A stretch of 64,000 bases of DNA from Haloferacaceae archaeon. GTDB lineage: Archaea; Halobacteriota; Halobacteria; Halobacteriales; Haloferacaceae. Made by a program: the position numbers and the translations under genes. The notes under the pieces are model-generated. The model worked only from the letters and a program-made list of their open reading frames with translations. It did no database searches and was not told the origin of the DNA. Position 1 is the stretch's first letter. The number at the start of each line of letters is the position of its first letter. Where the stretch lies: assembly GCA_042216285.1 (NCBI GenBank), contig JBDGUC010000009.1:24649-88648 (forward strand). Direction: 5' to 3'. Positions 9,514 to 18,426 of the stretch are shown here, piece by piece.

Positions 9514-10367
9514 TGGCCGCCCACGACCGCGTCGAGGCGGTCCTCGACGAGGTGGCCGCGGCGGCACCGGAGGTGCGGGCCGCGCTCCCCGGGCGCCGGG
9601 GCCACACCGGCGAGGTGAACCCGACCGGCGACGACCGGCTGGCGGCCGACGCCCACGCCGACGACCTGCTGACCGATCGCCTCGCCGCCCTCGACGGCGT
9701 CGGGGCGGTCGCGAGCGAGGAGCGCGCGGCGGTCACGGACGTCGGCGACGGTCTCTCGGTCGCGCTCGATCCGCTCGACGGCTCCTCGAACCTCCGGTCG
9801 AACAACCTGATGGGGACGGTCGTCTCGGTCTACGACGGGTCGCTTCCCGCCGGCGGCGACGCCCTGCGCGCCGCGGGATACGTCCTCTACGGCCCGACGA
9901 CGACGATGACCGTCGCCCGGGACGGGACGGTGACGGAGTCCCTCGTGACCGACGGCGAGCGCACGGTTCTCGACGACGACGTCACCCTCCCCGGGGACCC
10001 GACGGTCTACGGGTTCGGCGGGCGCCGGCCGGACTGGCCGGACGACTTTGCCGCCTTCGCCGAGGCCGTCGAGGCCGACGAGAGCATCAAGCTCCGATAC
10101 GGCGGCGCGATGGTCGGCGACGTGAACCAGGTGCTCGCCTACGGCGGCGTCTTCGCCTACCCCGCGCTGGCCTCGGCGCCGGCCGGGAAACTCCGCCTCC
10201 AGTTCGAGGCCATCCCGGTGGCGGCCGTCGTGGAGGCGGCCGGGGGAGCGTCCTCTGACGGCCGGCGGTCGCTTCTGGACGTGACGCCGGACGACCTCCA
10301 CGAACGCGTGCCGGTCCACGTCGGGAACGACTCGCTGATCGACCGGCTCGAAGCCGCCCTGGACTGA
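9513..10367 (+). CDS. fbp: Class 1 fructose-1,6-bisphosphatase
   Basis: DPLDGSSNL metal-binding motif, LRYGGAMVGDVNQVL, GKLRLQFEAIPVAAVVEAAGG. The ATG at 9513 is in frame within ORF 7584..10367. Confidence 0.85.
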   Translation: MAAHDRVEAVLDEVAAAAPEVRAALPGRRGHTGEVNPTGDDRLAADAHADDLLTDRLAALDGVGAVASEERAAVTDVGDGLSVALDPLDGSSNLRSNNLMGTVVSVYDGSLPAGGDALRAAGYVLYGPTTTMTVARDGTVTESLVTDGERTVLDDDVTLPGDPTVYGFGGRRPDWPDDFAAFAEAVEADESIKLRYGGAMVGDVNQVLAYGGVFAYPALASAPAGKLRLQFEAIPVAAVVEAAGGASSDGRRSLLDVTPDDLHERVPVHVGNDSLIDRLEAALD

Positions 10368-10386
10368 GGGCCGGGGGGCGAGCGGT

Positions 10387-10857
10387 TTACAGCATCGCGC
10401 CGACGACGGCGCTCGTCACGACGCTCCCGACGAAGACCCCCCAGATGGCGAGGATGCCACCGAGCACGCCCGGCACCGGGATCGGGAGGTCGAGCCACTC
10501 GAAGATCGCGCCGATCACCAGACCGACGATCGACGCCTTGATCCCCGTCATGGTGATCGTGAACGCGGAGACGATCTGCCCGGTCGCGCTCTGTAACGCG
10601 ACCAGGGCCAGCGCCGGCCCCACGATTGCCATGCTCGCTCCCGACGGCTTGCCCAGTTTCACGTTGCCCTGGGCGAGGCCGACGACCACCATGCCGACGA
10701 ACGTCCCCGTGATCGCCAGGTTGCCACCGACGACGCCGGGGACGGGGATCGGGAGTTGCAGGGCGCCGAAGACCGCGCCGATGACGAGACCGACGACGAG
10801 CGACTTCCACTCCGTCGCGCCGAAGTAGACGTACTGGACGTCCGAGTCAGCGCTCAT
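10387..10857 (-). CDS. Membrane protein made of two tandem XapX/DUF1427-like hydrophobic modules
   Basis: Internal duplication: SLVVGLVIGAVFGALQLPIPVPGVVGGNLAITGTFVG versus SIVGLVIGAIFEWLDLPIPVPGVLGGILAIWGVFVG. ATGA overlap with the upstream amidase fragment. Confidence 0.5.
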   Translation of the reverse strand: MSADSDVQYVYFGATEWKSLVVGLVIGAVFGALQLPIPVPGVVGGNLAITGTFVGMVVVGLAQGNVKLGKPSGASMAIVGPALALVALQSATGQIVSAFTITMTGIKASIVGLVIGAIFEWLDLPIPVPGVLGGILAIWGVFVGSVVTSAVVGAML

Positions 10858-11933
10858 TCATCCGCTCCCGGCGGGAACAGGTCCTTTCGCAGGAGACACC
10901 GCATCCCCTTCACGCCGTTGACGACCTGTGACACCTGGAAGTCCCCGGCGAGGCTGATGAGCGAGTACGCCGCGGACCGCGAGACGCCCTCGTTGTTCTC
11001 CAGGAAGTCGATCATTTCGAGCCCCGCGATCCGGGCCGCCTCGTCCAGATCCTCGTCGTGGCCGCGGGCCACCTAGTGAGTCGACGTCTCCAGAACCGGA
11101 TTCCGGCTGAGTTCGACGTCGTCGCGCAGGAATAGCTGGACGATCCCGTCGAGGCTGGCCTCGATGGCCGTGCCCGAGACCTCGCCGTCGCCCTGGGTCA
11201 TGTGGGAGTCGCCGGCCGTGAACAGCGCGCCGTCGACGTGGACCGGGTAGTACATCGACGTCCCGATGTTGAACCGGCGGTCGTCCATGTTCCCGCCGAA
11301 CGTCGACGGGGGGACGGTGTCGATCTTGCCGTCCTCCGCCGGGGCGACCCCCGCCGTCCCGAAGTGATAGCGGAGGGGCACCCGGACGTCCTCGAGGACC
11401 GGCTGCCGGTCGACCGAATCGGGGTCGACCATCGGACCGATCTCGTCGTACGTGCCCGGGAACTCGTACTGAAACACCGCCTTTGCCGTCCCGGTCTTCC
11501 GGTCGGCCTCGTAGATCGTCACGTACTCCCGCTCGTCGTAGTCGTCGTAGAGCATCCCCCAGTTGGCGCTGAGGTTCACCCCGTACGGGAGCCGGGGTTT
11601 CAGGTCCAGAACCCGGCATTCCAGGACGTCGCCGGGTTCGGCCCCCTCGACGTGGACCGGTCCGGTGACGATGTGGACGCCCGGCCCCCGGTCGTCCATG
11701 TCGATCGTCTCGTAGATCTCCCTGGTCTTGTCGTCCATCAGGTAGTCCGGGGCGTCCCCCGCCTGGTGGGTGATGGTCTCGATCTTGACGATGTCCCCCG
11801 ATTCCACGTGGCAGACCGGATCAGCGGAGTTGTCGAAATACCCCCACTGTACGGTGTCCGGCGTCGCCTCCACCTCGTGGATGTCCGGGCTCCGCTTGTA
11901 CCTCGGCCGGCGCGCGTGCGATCTGTGGCTCAT
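10854..11933 (-). pseudogene. Acetamidase/formamidase (FmdA/AmdA family) interrupted by one in-frame TAG at 11073-11075
   Basis: ORF 11073..11933 (..NPVLETSTH*) and ORF 10854..11072 (VARGHDEDLDEAARIAGLEMIDFLE..) are contiguous and in the same frame. Together they give a full-length family member. Confidence 0.8.
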
Positions 11934-12235
11934 CGCGGCCTCCCGCTGGGTCGCCTGGAGGGCCGTGCTCCGCCGAACTCGGTATGTTCTCTCATACCAA
12001 TGTACCGGAGCATCCGATTTCTAATAAACGTTTTCACTGATAGGTTATAAGGATACTATACAGATGTTTTCAGAGCGTGTTGTCGAACCATCCGGTCATA
12101 CACCCATAGAATATTCAGTCGTGATAATGCGGACGGTTCCCCCGTCGTCGGAGCGCATCTCACGGGGGCGACCCGGCGGTCCGACCCCCCCGAACCACAG
12201 ATTCATAAGCTAGCGGGATAAACACGGAAATCGAC

Positions 12236-12598
12236 ATGACTCGGGGATCGCTGGGGAGAGACGACACGACGGGGGGATCGCTGAGCGAGGTCCTGTCGAG
12301 ACCCGGCGTCGATCGGGCGGCGAACGTCCTGCGCGCCCGCCACCGTCGGCAGATCCTCCTGGGCCTGTCGGCCGGACGGGTCCGGCGCGAGGCCGACGTC
12401 ATGATGCGGGGATCGGGTCAGGAGCAGATCGAAACCGAACTACAGCGGGTCCACCTCCCGATGCTGGCAGAGGAGGGGATCATCGAGTGGAATCGGGAGA
12501 CCGGCGAGATATCGAGAGGGCCGAACTTCGACGAGATCGAGCCGTTCCTCCGGCTCATCGAGGACCACCCCGACGAGCTTCCCCCGTTCTGGCCCTGA
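12236..12598 (+). CDS. Haloarchaeal wHTH protein (DUF7344-like), soluble form
   Basis: LRARHRRQILLGL ... ETELQRVHLPMLAEEGIIEWNRETGEI has the same signature as ORFs 44649.. and 46958.. (YVSLxQTHLPKLxxxGxIxW/Y). Confidence 0.6.
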   Translation: MTRGSLGRDDTTGGSLSEVLSRPGVDRAANVLRARHRRQILLGLSAGRVRREADVMMRGSGQEQIETELQRVHLPMLAEEGIIEWNRETGEISRGPNFDEIEPFLRLIEDHPDELPPFWP

Positions 12599-12715
12599 CC
12601 GGCCCGTCGGTCGGACCGCCGATCCAGCCTTCGGCCGTTCTACCCATCCCCTGCGGGCGGACCGCCGAGGGGGGGCACCGTAAACGGTTTCGGCGCGCCC
12701 GTTCCACGGAGGGCC

Positions 12716-14494
12716 ATGCGCGTCCACGTGCGCCAGACGCTCGACGACGACGAGGCGCGCGCCATCGCACGGGCCCTGGCCGACCACCTCGGGGAGCCGG
12801 TCGCGGCCGTCGTGGGCGACGACGAGGAGCCGACGGCCCGGGCCGATCCGCCGGGGACGTCGCCCGACGCGGACGGACCGGACGCGCGCGACGGCCGCGC
12901 ATCGGCCGACGGGCCGACCGACCGCGAGCGGCGACTGCGCGCACAGATCGCCGACGTTCTGGAGGGTGGCCCGGCGAAGTACCGCGAGCGCCTGGCCGAG
13001 CGGGGGAAGCTCTTCGTGCGCGACCGGCTCGAACTCTGGTTCGGCGACCTGTCATTCGAGGACGGCCGGTTCGCGGCGTTCGACGAGTGGCATCCCGAGG
13101 GAGGGGCGGGCGACGAGGCCGTGGCCGGAGACGACGCCGACCGGCTTCCCGCCGACGGACTGGTGACCGGCGCGGCGAAGTTCGAGGGCCGCGAGGTCCA
13201 CGTCATGGCCAACGACTACACCGTGAAGGCGGGGTCGATGGCCCGGCGCGGCGTCGAGAAGTTCCTCCGGATGCAAGAGCGGGCGCTGAAGACGGGCAAG
13301 CCCGTCCTCTACCTGATGGACTCCTCCGGCGGCCGGATCGACCGGCAGTCGACGTTCTTCGCCAACCGAGAGGGGATCGGGAAATACTACTACAACCACT
13401 CGATGCTCTCGGGACGGGTCCCCCAGATCTGCGTGCTCTACGGCCCCTGCATCGCCGGGGCGGCCTACACCCCCGTGTTCGCGGACTTCACCGTGATGGT
13501 CGAGGGGATGAGCGCGATGGCCATCGCCTCGCCCCGGATGGTCGAGATGGTCACCGGCGAGGAGGTCGACCTGGACGACCTCGGGGGACCCGAGGTGCAC
13601 GCCCGCCACACGGGGAGCGCCGACCTCGTCGCCAGGGACGAGGAACACGCCCGCGACCTGGTGGCCGACCTCGTCTCGTATCTCCCCGACCGGGCCGGGG
13701 AGCGTCCGCCGCGCGCGGAGTCGCGCGACCCCGCCGCCTCGCCGGCGGGGATCGACGCCCTGATCCCCGAGTCGCCACGGGAGGCCTACGACGTCCACGA
13801 CCTGATCGAGCGGGTGGTCGACGCCGACTCCTTCTTCGAACTGAAGCCGTCCTACGGTCGCGAGATCGTCACCGGCTTCGCGCGCATCGACGGCCGGACC
13901 GTGGGCGTGGTCGCAAACCAGCCCGCCCACCGGGCGGGGGCCATCTTCCCCGACTCGGCCGGGAAGGCCGCCGAGTTCGTCTGGACCTGCGACGCCTACG
14001 AGGTTCCCTTGCTCTACCTCTGTGACACCCCCGGGTTCATGGCCGGGCGGGCGGTCGAGCGCGAGGGGATCCTGGAGGCGGGCAAGCGGTTCATCTACGC
14101 CACCTCGTCGGCCACGGTGCCCAAACAGACCGTCGTGGTGCGGAAGGCCTACGGCGCCGGGATCTACGCGATGGGCGGGCCCGCCTACGACCCCGAGAGC
14201 GTGATCGCGCTCCCGAGCGGCGAGATCGCCATCATGGGACCGGAGGCGGCGATCAACGCGGTCTACGCCAACGAACTCGCCGACGTCGACGACGAGGAGG
14301 AGCGGGCCCGCCGCGAGGCGGAACTCCGCGAGGAGTACCGCCGCGGGATCGACGTCCGCCGGGCGGCCAGCGAGGTCGTCATCGACGAGGTGGTCCCGCC
14401 GAGCGACCTCCGCACGGAACTCGCCGCCCGCCTCGCGTTCTACGAGTCCGTCGAGAAGGACCTCCCCGAGAAGAAACACGGCACGATCCTCTAG
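12716..14494 (+). CDS. Acyl-CoA carboxylase carboxyltransferase (beta) subunit, propionyl-/methylcrotonyl-CoA type, with an N-terminal extension
   Basis: KYRERLAERGKLFVRDRLELWF, MANDYTVKAGSM, YLMDSSGGRI, VANQPAHRAGAI, PGFMAGRAVEREGILEAGKRF; 592 aa. Confidence 0.85.
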   Translation: MRVHVRQTLDDDEARAIARALADHLGEPVAAVVGDDEEPTARADPPGTSPDADGPDARDGRASADGPTDRERRLRAQIADVLEGGPAKYRERLAERGKLFVRDRLELWFGDLSFEDGRFAAFDEWHPEGGAGDEAVAGDDADRLPADGLVTGAAKFEGREVHVMANDYTVKAGSMARRGVEKFLRMQERALKTGKPVLYLMDSSGGRIDRQSTFFANREGIGKYYYNHSMLSGRVPQICVLYGPCIAGAAYTPVFADFTVMVEGMSAMAIASPRMVEMVTGEEVDLDDLGGPEVHARHTGSADLVARDEEHARDLVADLVSYLPDRAGERPPRAESRDPAASPAGIDALIPESPREAYDVHDLIERVVDADSFFELKPSYGREIVTGFARIDGRTVGVVANQPAHRAGAIFPDSAGKAAEFVWTCDAYEVPLLYLCDTPGFMAGRAVEREGILEAGKRFIYATSSATVPKQTVVVRKAYGAGIYAMGGPAYDPESVIALPSGEIAIMGPEAAINAVYANELADVDDEEERARREAELREEYRRGIDVRRAASEVVIDEVVPPSDLRTELAARLAFYESVEKDLPEKKHGTIL

Positions 14495-14579
14495 GCGCGG
14501 CCGCCGCCCCTCGTCCCCGTCTTCCGGCAACCCTTTCCCCCTCCTCGACTCCTTTGGCCGACGAGTCGAACCTGGTGCC

Positions 14580-14948
14580 GTGGGATCGGTCGTCCCGACG
14601 CGGGTGGTGCGCTGGCTCGACCTCGCGGAGGGACTGCTGGGGGACCGCCGGGCCGACGCGGTCCTGTGGGCGACCCTCGTCGTGACGACCGTCGCCGACG
14701 TGTGGCTCACCGTCTATGGGACCACTCACGGACTCGACGAGGGGAACCCGGTCGCCCACCTGCTCGCCGGGAGCCTCGGGGTCGCCCCCGTGACGGGTAT
14801 CGTGGCGTTGAAACTCGGGGTCCTCGCGGTCGGCGCGGTCTGCTGGCTCGCGCTCCCCCGCCGCTCGGCGACGGTCGTCCCCTTCGGCCTGGCGGTGCCG
14901 ACCGTCGCCGCCGTCTGCAACAACCTGCTGCTCGTCGCCCTCGTCTGA
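14580..14948 (+). CDS. Small multi-pass membrane protein (DUF5658-like)
   Basis: GTG start. Four hydrophobic segments and a GLDEGNPVA motif typical of this family; strong GC3 bias. Confidence 0.5.
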   Translation: MGSVVPTRVVRWLDLAEGLLGDRRADAVLWATLVVTTVADVWLTVYGTTHGLDEGNPVAHLLAGSLGVAPVTGIVALKLGVLAVGAVCWLALPRRSATVVPFGLAVPTVAAVCNNLLLVALV

Positions 14949-15067
14949 GCCCGTCGACGCCGCAGTGGCGGAGCCGGGCGCCTCCGGCGGCCGCCCCGGT
15001 CCGGGATCGCGTCGGGGACGCGGCTTCCCGCGACCGAGCCCCGTCCGGGCCCCACGACCGCAACGCC

Positions 15068-15073
15068 TTTATG
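15068..15073 (+). promoter_or_regulatory. TATA box (TTTATG) 31 nt upstream of the TetR ATG
   Basis: CCTTTATGCG in an otherwise GC-rich spacer; leaderless-type spacing. Confidence 0.45.
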
Positions 15074-15098
15074 CGACCCTATTTGCTGATCGATTGAC

Positions 15099-15704
15099 AT
15101 GGGTGAGCGCGATCCGGAGTCGACCCACGAGGAGATCATGCGCGCGACGTATCGGGCCCTCTGTGAGCACGGGTACGCGGACCTGACGACGAAGGCCATC
15201 GCCGAGGAGTCCGGACACAGCACGGCGCTCCTCCACTACCACTACGACACGAAGGAGGACCTGCTCGTCGCGTTCCTCGAGTATCTCATCGAGCGCTTCC
15301 ACGAGACGGCGGTGCTCGACGAGGACCACGACGGCCCGGCCGAGCAGTTGGCCGCCGTCGTCGAGCGGCTGGTGTTCGGGCCGGACGACTACAAGGACTT
15401 TCAGACCGCCATGCTGGAACTGCGCTCGCAGGCCCCCTACAACCGGGCCTACCGGGAACAGCTCCGGTCGAACGACCGGGAACTCCGGGCGCTCCTGTCG
15501 GGCATCGTCGAGCGCGGCATCGAGGCCGGCGTCTTCCGGGCGGTCGATCCCGACCGGACGGCGACGTATCTCCTCGCCACGATCGACGGCGCCCGGACCC
15601 GGTGGATCACGCTCGACGACGACGACGTGCTGACCGACGTCCACGAGGAACTCCGGATCTACGTCGCGGATCGCCTGCTCGTCGACCGGGACGCGCTCGA
15701 CTGA
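15099..15704 (+). CDS. TetR/AcrR-family transcription regulator
   Basis: IMRATYRALCEHGYADLTTKAIAEESGHSTALLHYHYDTKEDLL is the canonical TetR HTH. Confidence 0.85.
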   Translation: MGERDPESTHEEIMRATYRALCEHGYADLTTKAIAEESGHSTALLHYHYDTKEDLLVAFLEYLIERFHETAVLDEDHDGPAEQLAAVVERLVFGPDDYKDFQTAMLELRSQAPYNRAYREQLRSNDRELRALLSGIVERGIEAGVFRAVDPDRTATYLLATIDGARTRWITLDDDDVLTDVHEELRIYVADRLLVDRDALD

Positions 15705-15746
15705 CGGCGGCTCGTCGCGACCGTCGCCGTCCGGCGTTCCGGGGCA

Positions 15747-16427
15747 TCACACGACGTGCAGGACGGCGATCGAGAGGTAGAGCTGACCGACGCCGGCCAC
15801 GACCATTACGGCGCCGGCGACGCGGACGACGCCGTCGACGTACTGCGCGAGGCCGGTTCCGACGCTGACGCCGAGTGCCGTCACCACCGTCACCGCGGTC
15901 ATGAGCGCGGCGATGCCGACGGCGTACGCGCCGACGACGGCGAGGCTCCCCGGGAGCGGAAGCGCGAGCGCCTGGATGACGACGCCTGCGAACACCGGGA
16001 GCACGCAGCCGGCGGCGGCGACGGCGTAGACGGCGCCGAAGGCCACGAACCCCGCGACCGTCGTCCGCCGTTTCGGAAGCGCCACCTCCACGTCGGGCAT
16101 CCTGTCGGCGAGCGTCGCCACCCCGAGGACGACGAGCACGAGTCCGACGACCGGTTCGAGGAGCGTCATCCGCGCGACGGCGGTCTGTCCGACGGCCGCG
16201 ATGGCGGCGAGCAGGACGCCGAACACGGCGAGGACGCCGACGCTCGCGGCGGCCCCCCGGGCGAGCGCGCCGCCCACGGGCGCCCCCTCCCGGTCGGGGG
16301 CGGTCCGGCTCGCGTAGTAGCCGACGTAGCCGGGGAGGAGCGGGTAGGCACACGGCGAGAAGAACGTCGCCACGCCGGCGCCGAACGCGAACGTGACCGC
16401 CCCGAGCAGGTCGGCGCTCGGGCTCAT
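15747..16427 (-). CDS. ccdA: Cytochrome c biogenesis / thiol-disulfide electron transfer membrane protein CcdA (DsbD family)
   Basis: FFSPCAYPLLPGYVGY and AAAGCVLPVFAG conserved Cys motifs; six hydrophobic segments. The ATG at 16427 overlaps the upstream gene by 4 nt. Confidence 0.8.
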   Translation of the reverse strand: MSPSADLLGAVTFAFGAGVATFFSPCAYPLLPGYVGYYASRTAPDREGAPVGGALARGAAASVGVLAVFGVLLAAIAAVGQTAVARMTLLEPVVGLVLVVLGVATLADRMPDVEVALPKRRTTVAGFVAFGAVYAVAAAGCVLPVFAGVVIQALALPLPGSLAVVGAYAVGIAALMTAVTVVTALGVSVGTGLAQYVDGVVRVAGAVMVVAGVGQLYLSIAVLHVV

Positions 16428-16942
16428 CGGTCCAGACCCCGGACCGCCTCCAGCAGGTCCCCCCTGGAGACGAGGCCGGCGTGTTTCCAGGCCACCCGGC
16501 CCCCGGCGTCCACGACCGCGAGCGTCGGGAGGCCGGTCACGTCCAGTTCGCGCATCAGCCGTCCGCCGTCGTCGAGTCCGACCGGCCAGTGGCCGTCGTT
16601 GCGCCGCCACCACCGGCGGACGTCTCCGCGGGTGAGCGTCCCGCCGATCGCGTCGTTGGTGACCGACACGAGGTGGACGTCCGACCCGAACTCCCCGCGG
16701 ACGTCGTTCAGACGCCGGGTCTCCGTCTTGCAGGGCGCACACCCGATCGAGAACACGTCGACGACCGTCACGCCCCCCGCGACCGGGACGCGCATGGTTC
16801 CCGCCTGGCTCCCGGGCGCGTCGATGGTGGTGACCTCGACCGGGTCGATCCCCTTCGCGGACGTCCCGTCGAGCGCGTACCACGCCCCGCCGCCCAGGCC
16901 GGCGGCCCCCGCGAGCGACGCGAGGAGGTGGCGCCGGCGCAC
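16424..16942 (-). CDS. Secreted thioredoxin-fold thiol:disulfide oxidoreductase (TlpA/ResA-like)
   Basis: Tat-like N-terminus MRRRHLLASLAGAAGLG, active site FSIGCAPCKTE, LPTLAVVD. Confidence 0.75.
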   Translation of the reverse strand: MRRRHLLASLAGAAGLGGGAWYALDGTSAKGIDPVEVTTIDAPGSQAGTMRVPVAGGVTVVDVFSIGCAPCKTETRRLNDVRGEFGSDVHLVSVTNDAIGGTLTRGDVRRWWRRNDGHWPVGLDDGGRLMRELDVTGLPTLAVVDAGGRVAWKHAGLVSRGDLLEAVRGLDR

Positions 16943-16943
16943 G

Positions 16944-17756
16944 CTAGCCCTCCCGATCGACGAGCGTCTTCAGGTCGTCGCGTCGGTCCTGCCACGGCGG
17001 GTTGCCGCTCTGGGCGAACTGGTAGGCACGCTCGACGTACCCGTCGACGTTCACGAGGAAGACGAGACCGATGTGCGTGAAGAAGTATCCCGAGCCCTTG
17101 CCGGTGGCAGTCGCGGTCGTGGTGCCGTCGCCGGTGCCGGTTGCGGTCGTGGTGCCGGTTGCGGTCCCGGTTCCGGTCCCGTTCGCGGCCCCCGACGGCC
17201 GGCCGGTGGGGGTCCGCTTCTGGAACTTGATGCCGAACTTCTCCGTGACGACGGCCTTCGCGCGCGAGACGGAGTTCGGCCGGAGGAAATGCCAGTTGCC
17301 GGCGTCCAGCGCGACGTGTTTCTCCTTCGCGTACTCCGCGAGGCGCGCCTTCGTGTCCCGTTCGGGATCGAACGTGATGGCGAGAAACGCCACCTCGTCG
17401 GCGTAGCCGTTCTTCACGGCGTCGGCCTGGACGTTCCGCATCTGTCCGATCATCTGCTGGCAGACGTTCGGACAGTGGCTGTAAAAGCACGTGAGCATCA
17501 CGTTGCGCTCTCCCTCGTACTGCGTCGTCGTCACCGACTCGCCGGCGAGCGGGTCGGGAAGCGTCGCCGTCGGCAACTGCTGGCTCCACGCGGGGTAGGG
17601 CAGGTCGGCGCTGTCGGCCCGCTGGCTCTCGGGCCTGTCGAGATGCGTGTGTGACGAGGAGTCGCTCCCGCCCCCCCGTCCCCCGAGACACCCCGCGGCC
17701 AGCGGCGCCAGGCCGCCCGCCGTCAGGCCCCGGAGGAGTCGTCGTCGATACATCAC
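16944..17756 (-). CDS. SCO1/SenC copper chaperone lipoprotein with a Thr/Gly-rich insertion
   Basis: Tat motif RRRLLRGL plus lipobox LAAGC. Cu site CPNVC and downstream FFTHIG His. A 42-residue T/G-rich insert at 17091-17216. Confidence 0.8.
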   Translation of the reverse strand: MMYRRRLLRGLTAGGLAPLAAGCLGGRGGGSDSSSHTHLDRPESQRADSADLPYPAWSQQLPTATLPDPLAGESVTTTQYEGERNVMLTCFYSHCPNVCQQMIGQMRNVQADAVKNGYADEVAFLAITFDPERDTKARLAEYAKEKHVALDAGNWHFLRPNSVSRAKAVVTEKFGIKFQKRTPTGRPSGAANGTGTGTATGTTTATGTGDGTTTATATGKGSGYFFTHIGLVFLVNVDGYVERAYQFAQSGNPPWQDRRDDLKTLVDREG

Positions 17757-17914
17757 GGCGAACTACGGGCGAGCGAAGGAAAGTGACTCGGTCTGGGCGT
17801 CGCCTCCCGTCGCGGACGTGTGCCGCACGCGTCGGCGAGAGCGCCGTCCGTGCCGCCAGTCCTCCGGTTTCCCGGATCGCCGATCTTATCGATCCGTGAC
17901 GAGAACGCGCCGCC

Positions 17915-18424
17915 ATGTCCTGGGTCGACCTTCTCGTCGGGAGCGGACTCAGCCAGCGGGTCGTGATCGTCGGAACGGCGCTCGTCTACCTCGTCCTGGC
18001 CGTCCGACGGCCGGCCACCGCCCGGGAGAGCGCCCGGGGCGGCCTCGAACAGTTCGCGAGCCTCTTCACGCTCGTCGTCGCGGCCCTCCTTCTCGCCAGC
18101 GCGATCGGAACGCTTCTCCCCCGCGAGGCGGTGGGACGCCTGCTCGGTGCCGCCGCCGGGATCCGGGGGGTCGTCCTGGCCGGACTCCTGGGCGGTCTCC
18201 TCCCGGGCGGTCCCTACGCCGTCTATCCCATCGTCCGGAGCATCGGGGAGCAGGGGGCGAGCCTCGCGGCCGTCGTCGCGATGCTCGTCGGGTACGGCGC
18301 CATCGGCGTCGGGCGCGTCCCGTTCGGACTGGTGTTCTTCGACCCCCGGACCGTCTCGACGCGCGTGGCCGTCGGCGTGGTCGGCACCGTCCTGGTCGCC
18401 GTCGTCGCGGCCCTCATCCTCTGA
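17915..18424 (+). CDS. Half-size permease (DUF318/ArsP-like), copy 1
   Basis: Hydrophobic throughout. LLGGLLPGGPYAVYPIVRSIGEQGASLAAVVAMLVGYGAIGVGRVPFGLVFF is paralogous to the next gene. Confidence 0.6.
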   Translation: MSWVDLLVGSGLSQRVVIVGTALVYLVLAVRRPATARESARGGLEQFASLFTLVVAALLLASAIGTLLPREAVGRLLGAAAGIRGVVLAGLLGGLLPGGPYAVYPIVRSIGEQGASLAAVVAMLVGYGAIGVGRVPFGLVFFDPRTVSTRVAVGVVGTVLVAVVAALIL

Positions 18425-18426
18425 GG

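Noticed and set aside
11073-11075. The in-frame TAG read as a pyrrolysine or other programmed recoding site.
   Set aside because: No pyl genes are seen in the window and none are known in Halobacteria. The position most simply derives from TGG by one transition, so a nonsense mutation or a sequencing error is the economical explanation.
12000-12130. AT-rich tracts (also 45285-45350 and 61015-61100) as replication origins.
   Set aside because: There is no adjacent orc1/cdc6 gene and no ORB-type repeated elements flanking the AT-rich cores. Promoter or regulatory spacers are the simpler reading.
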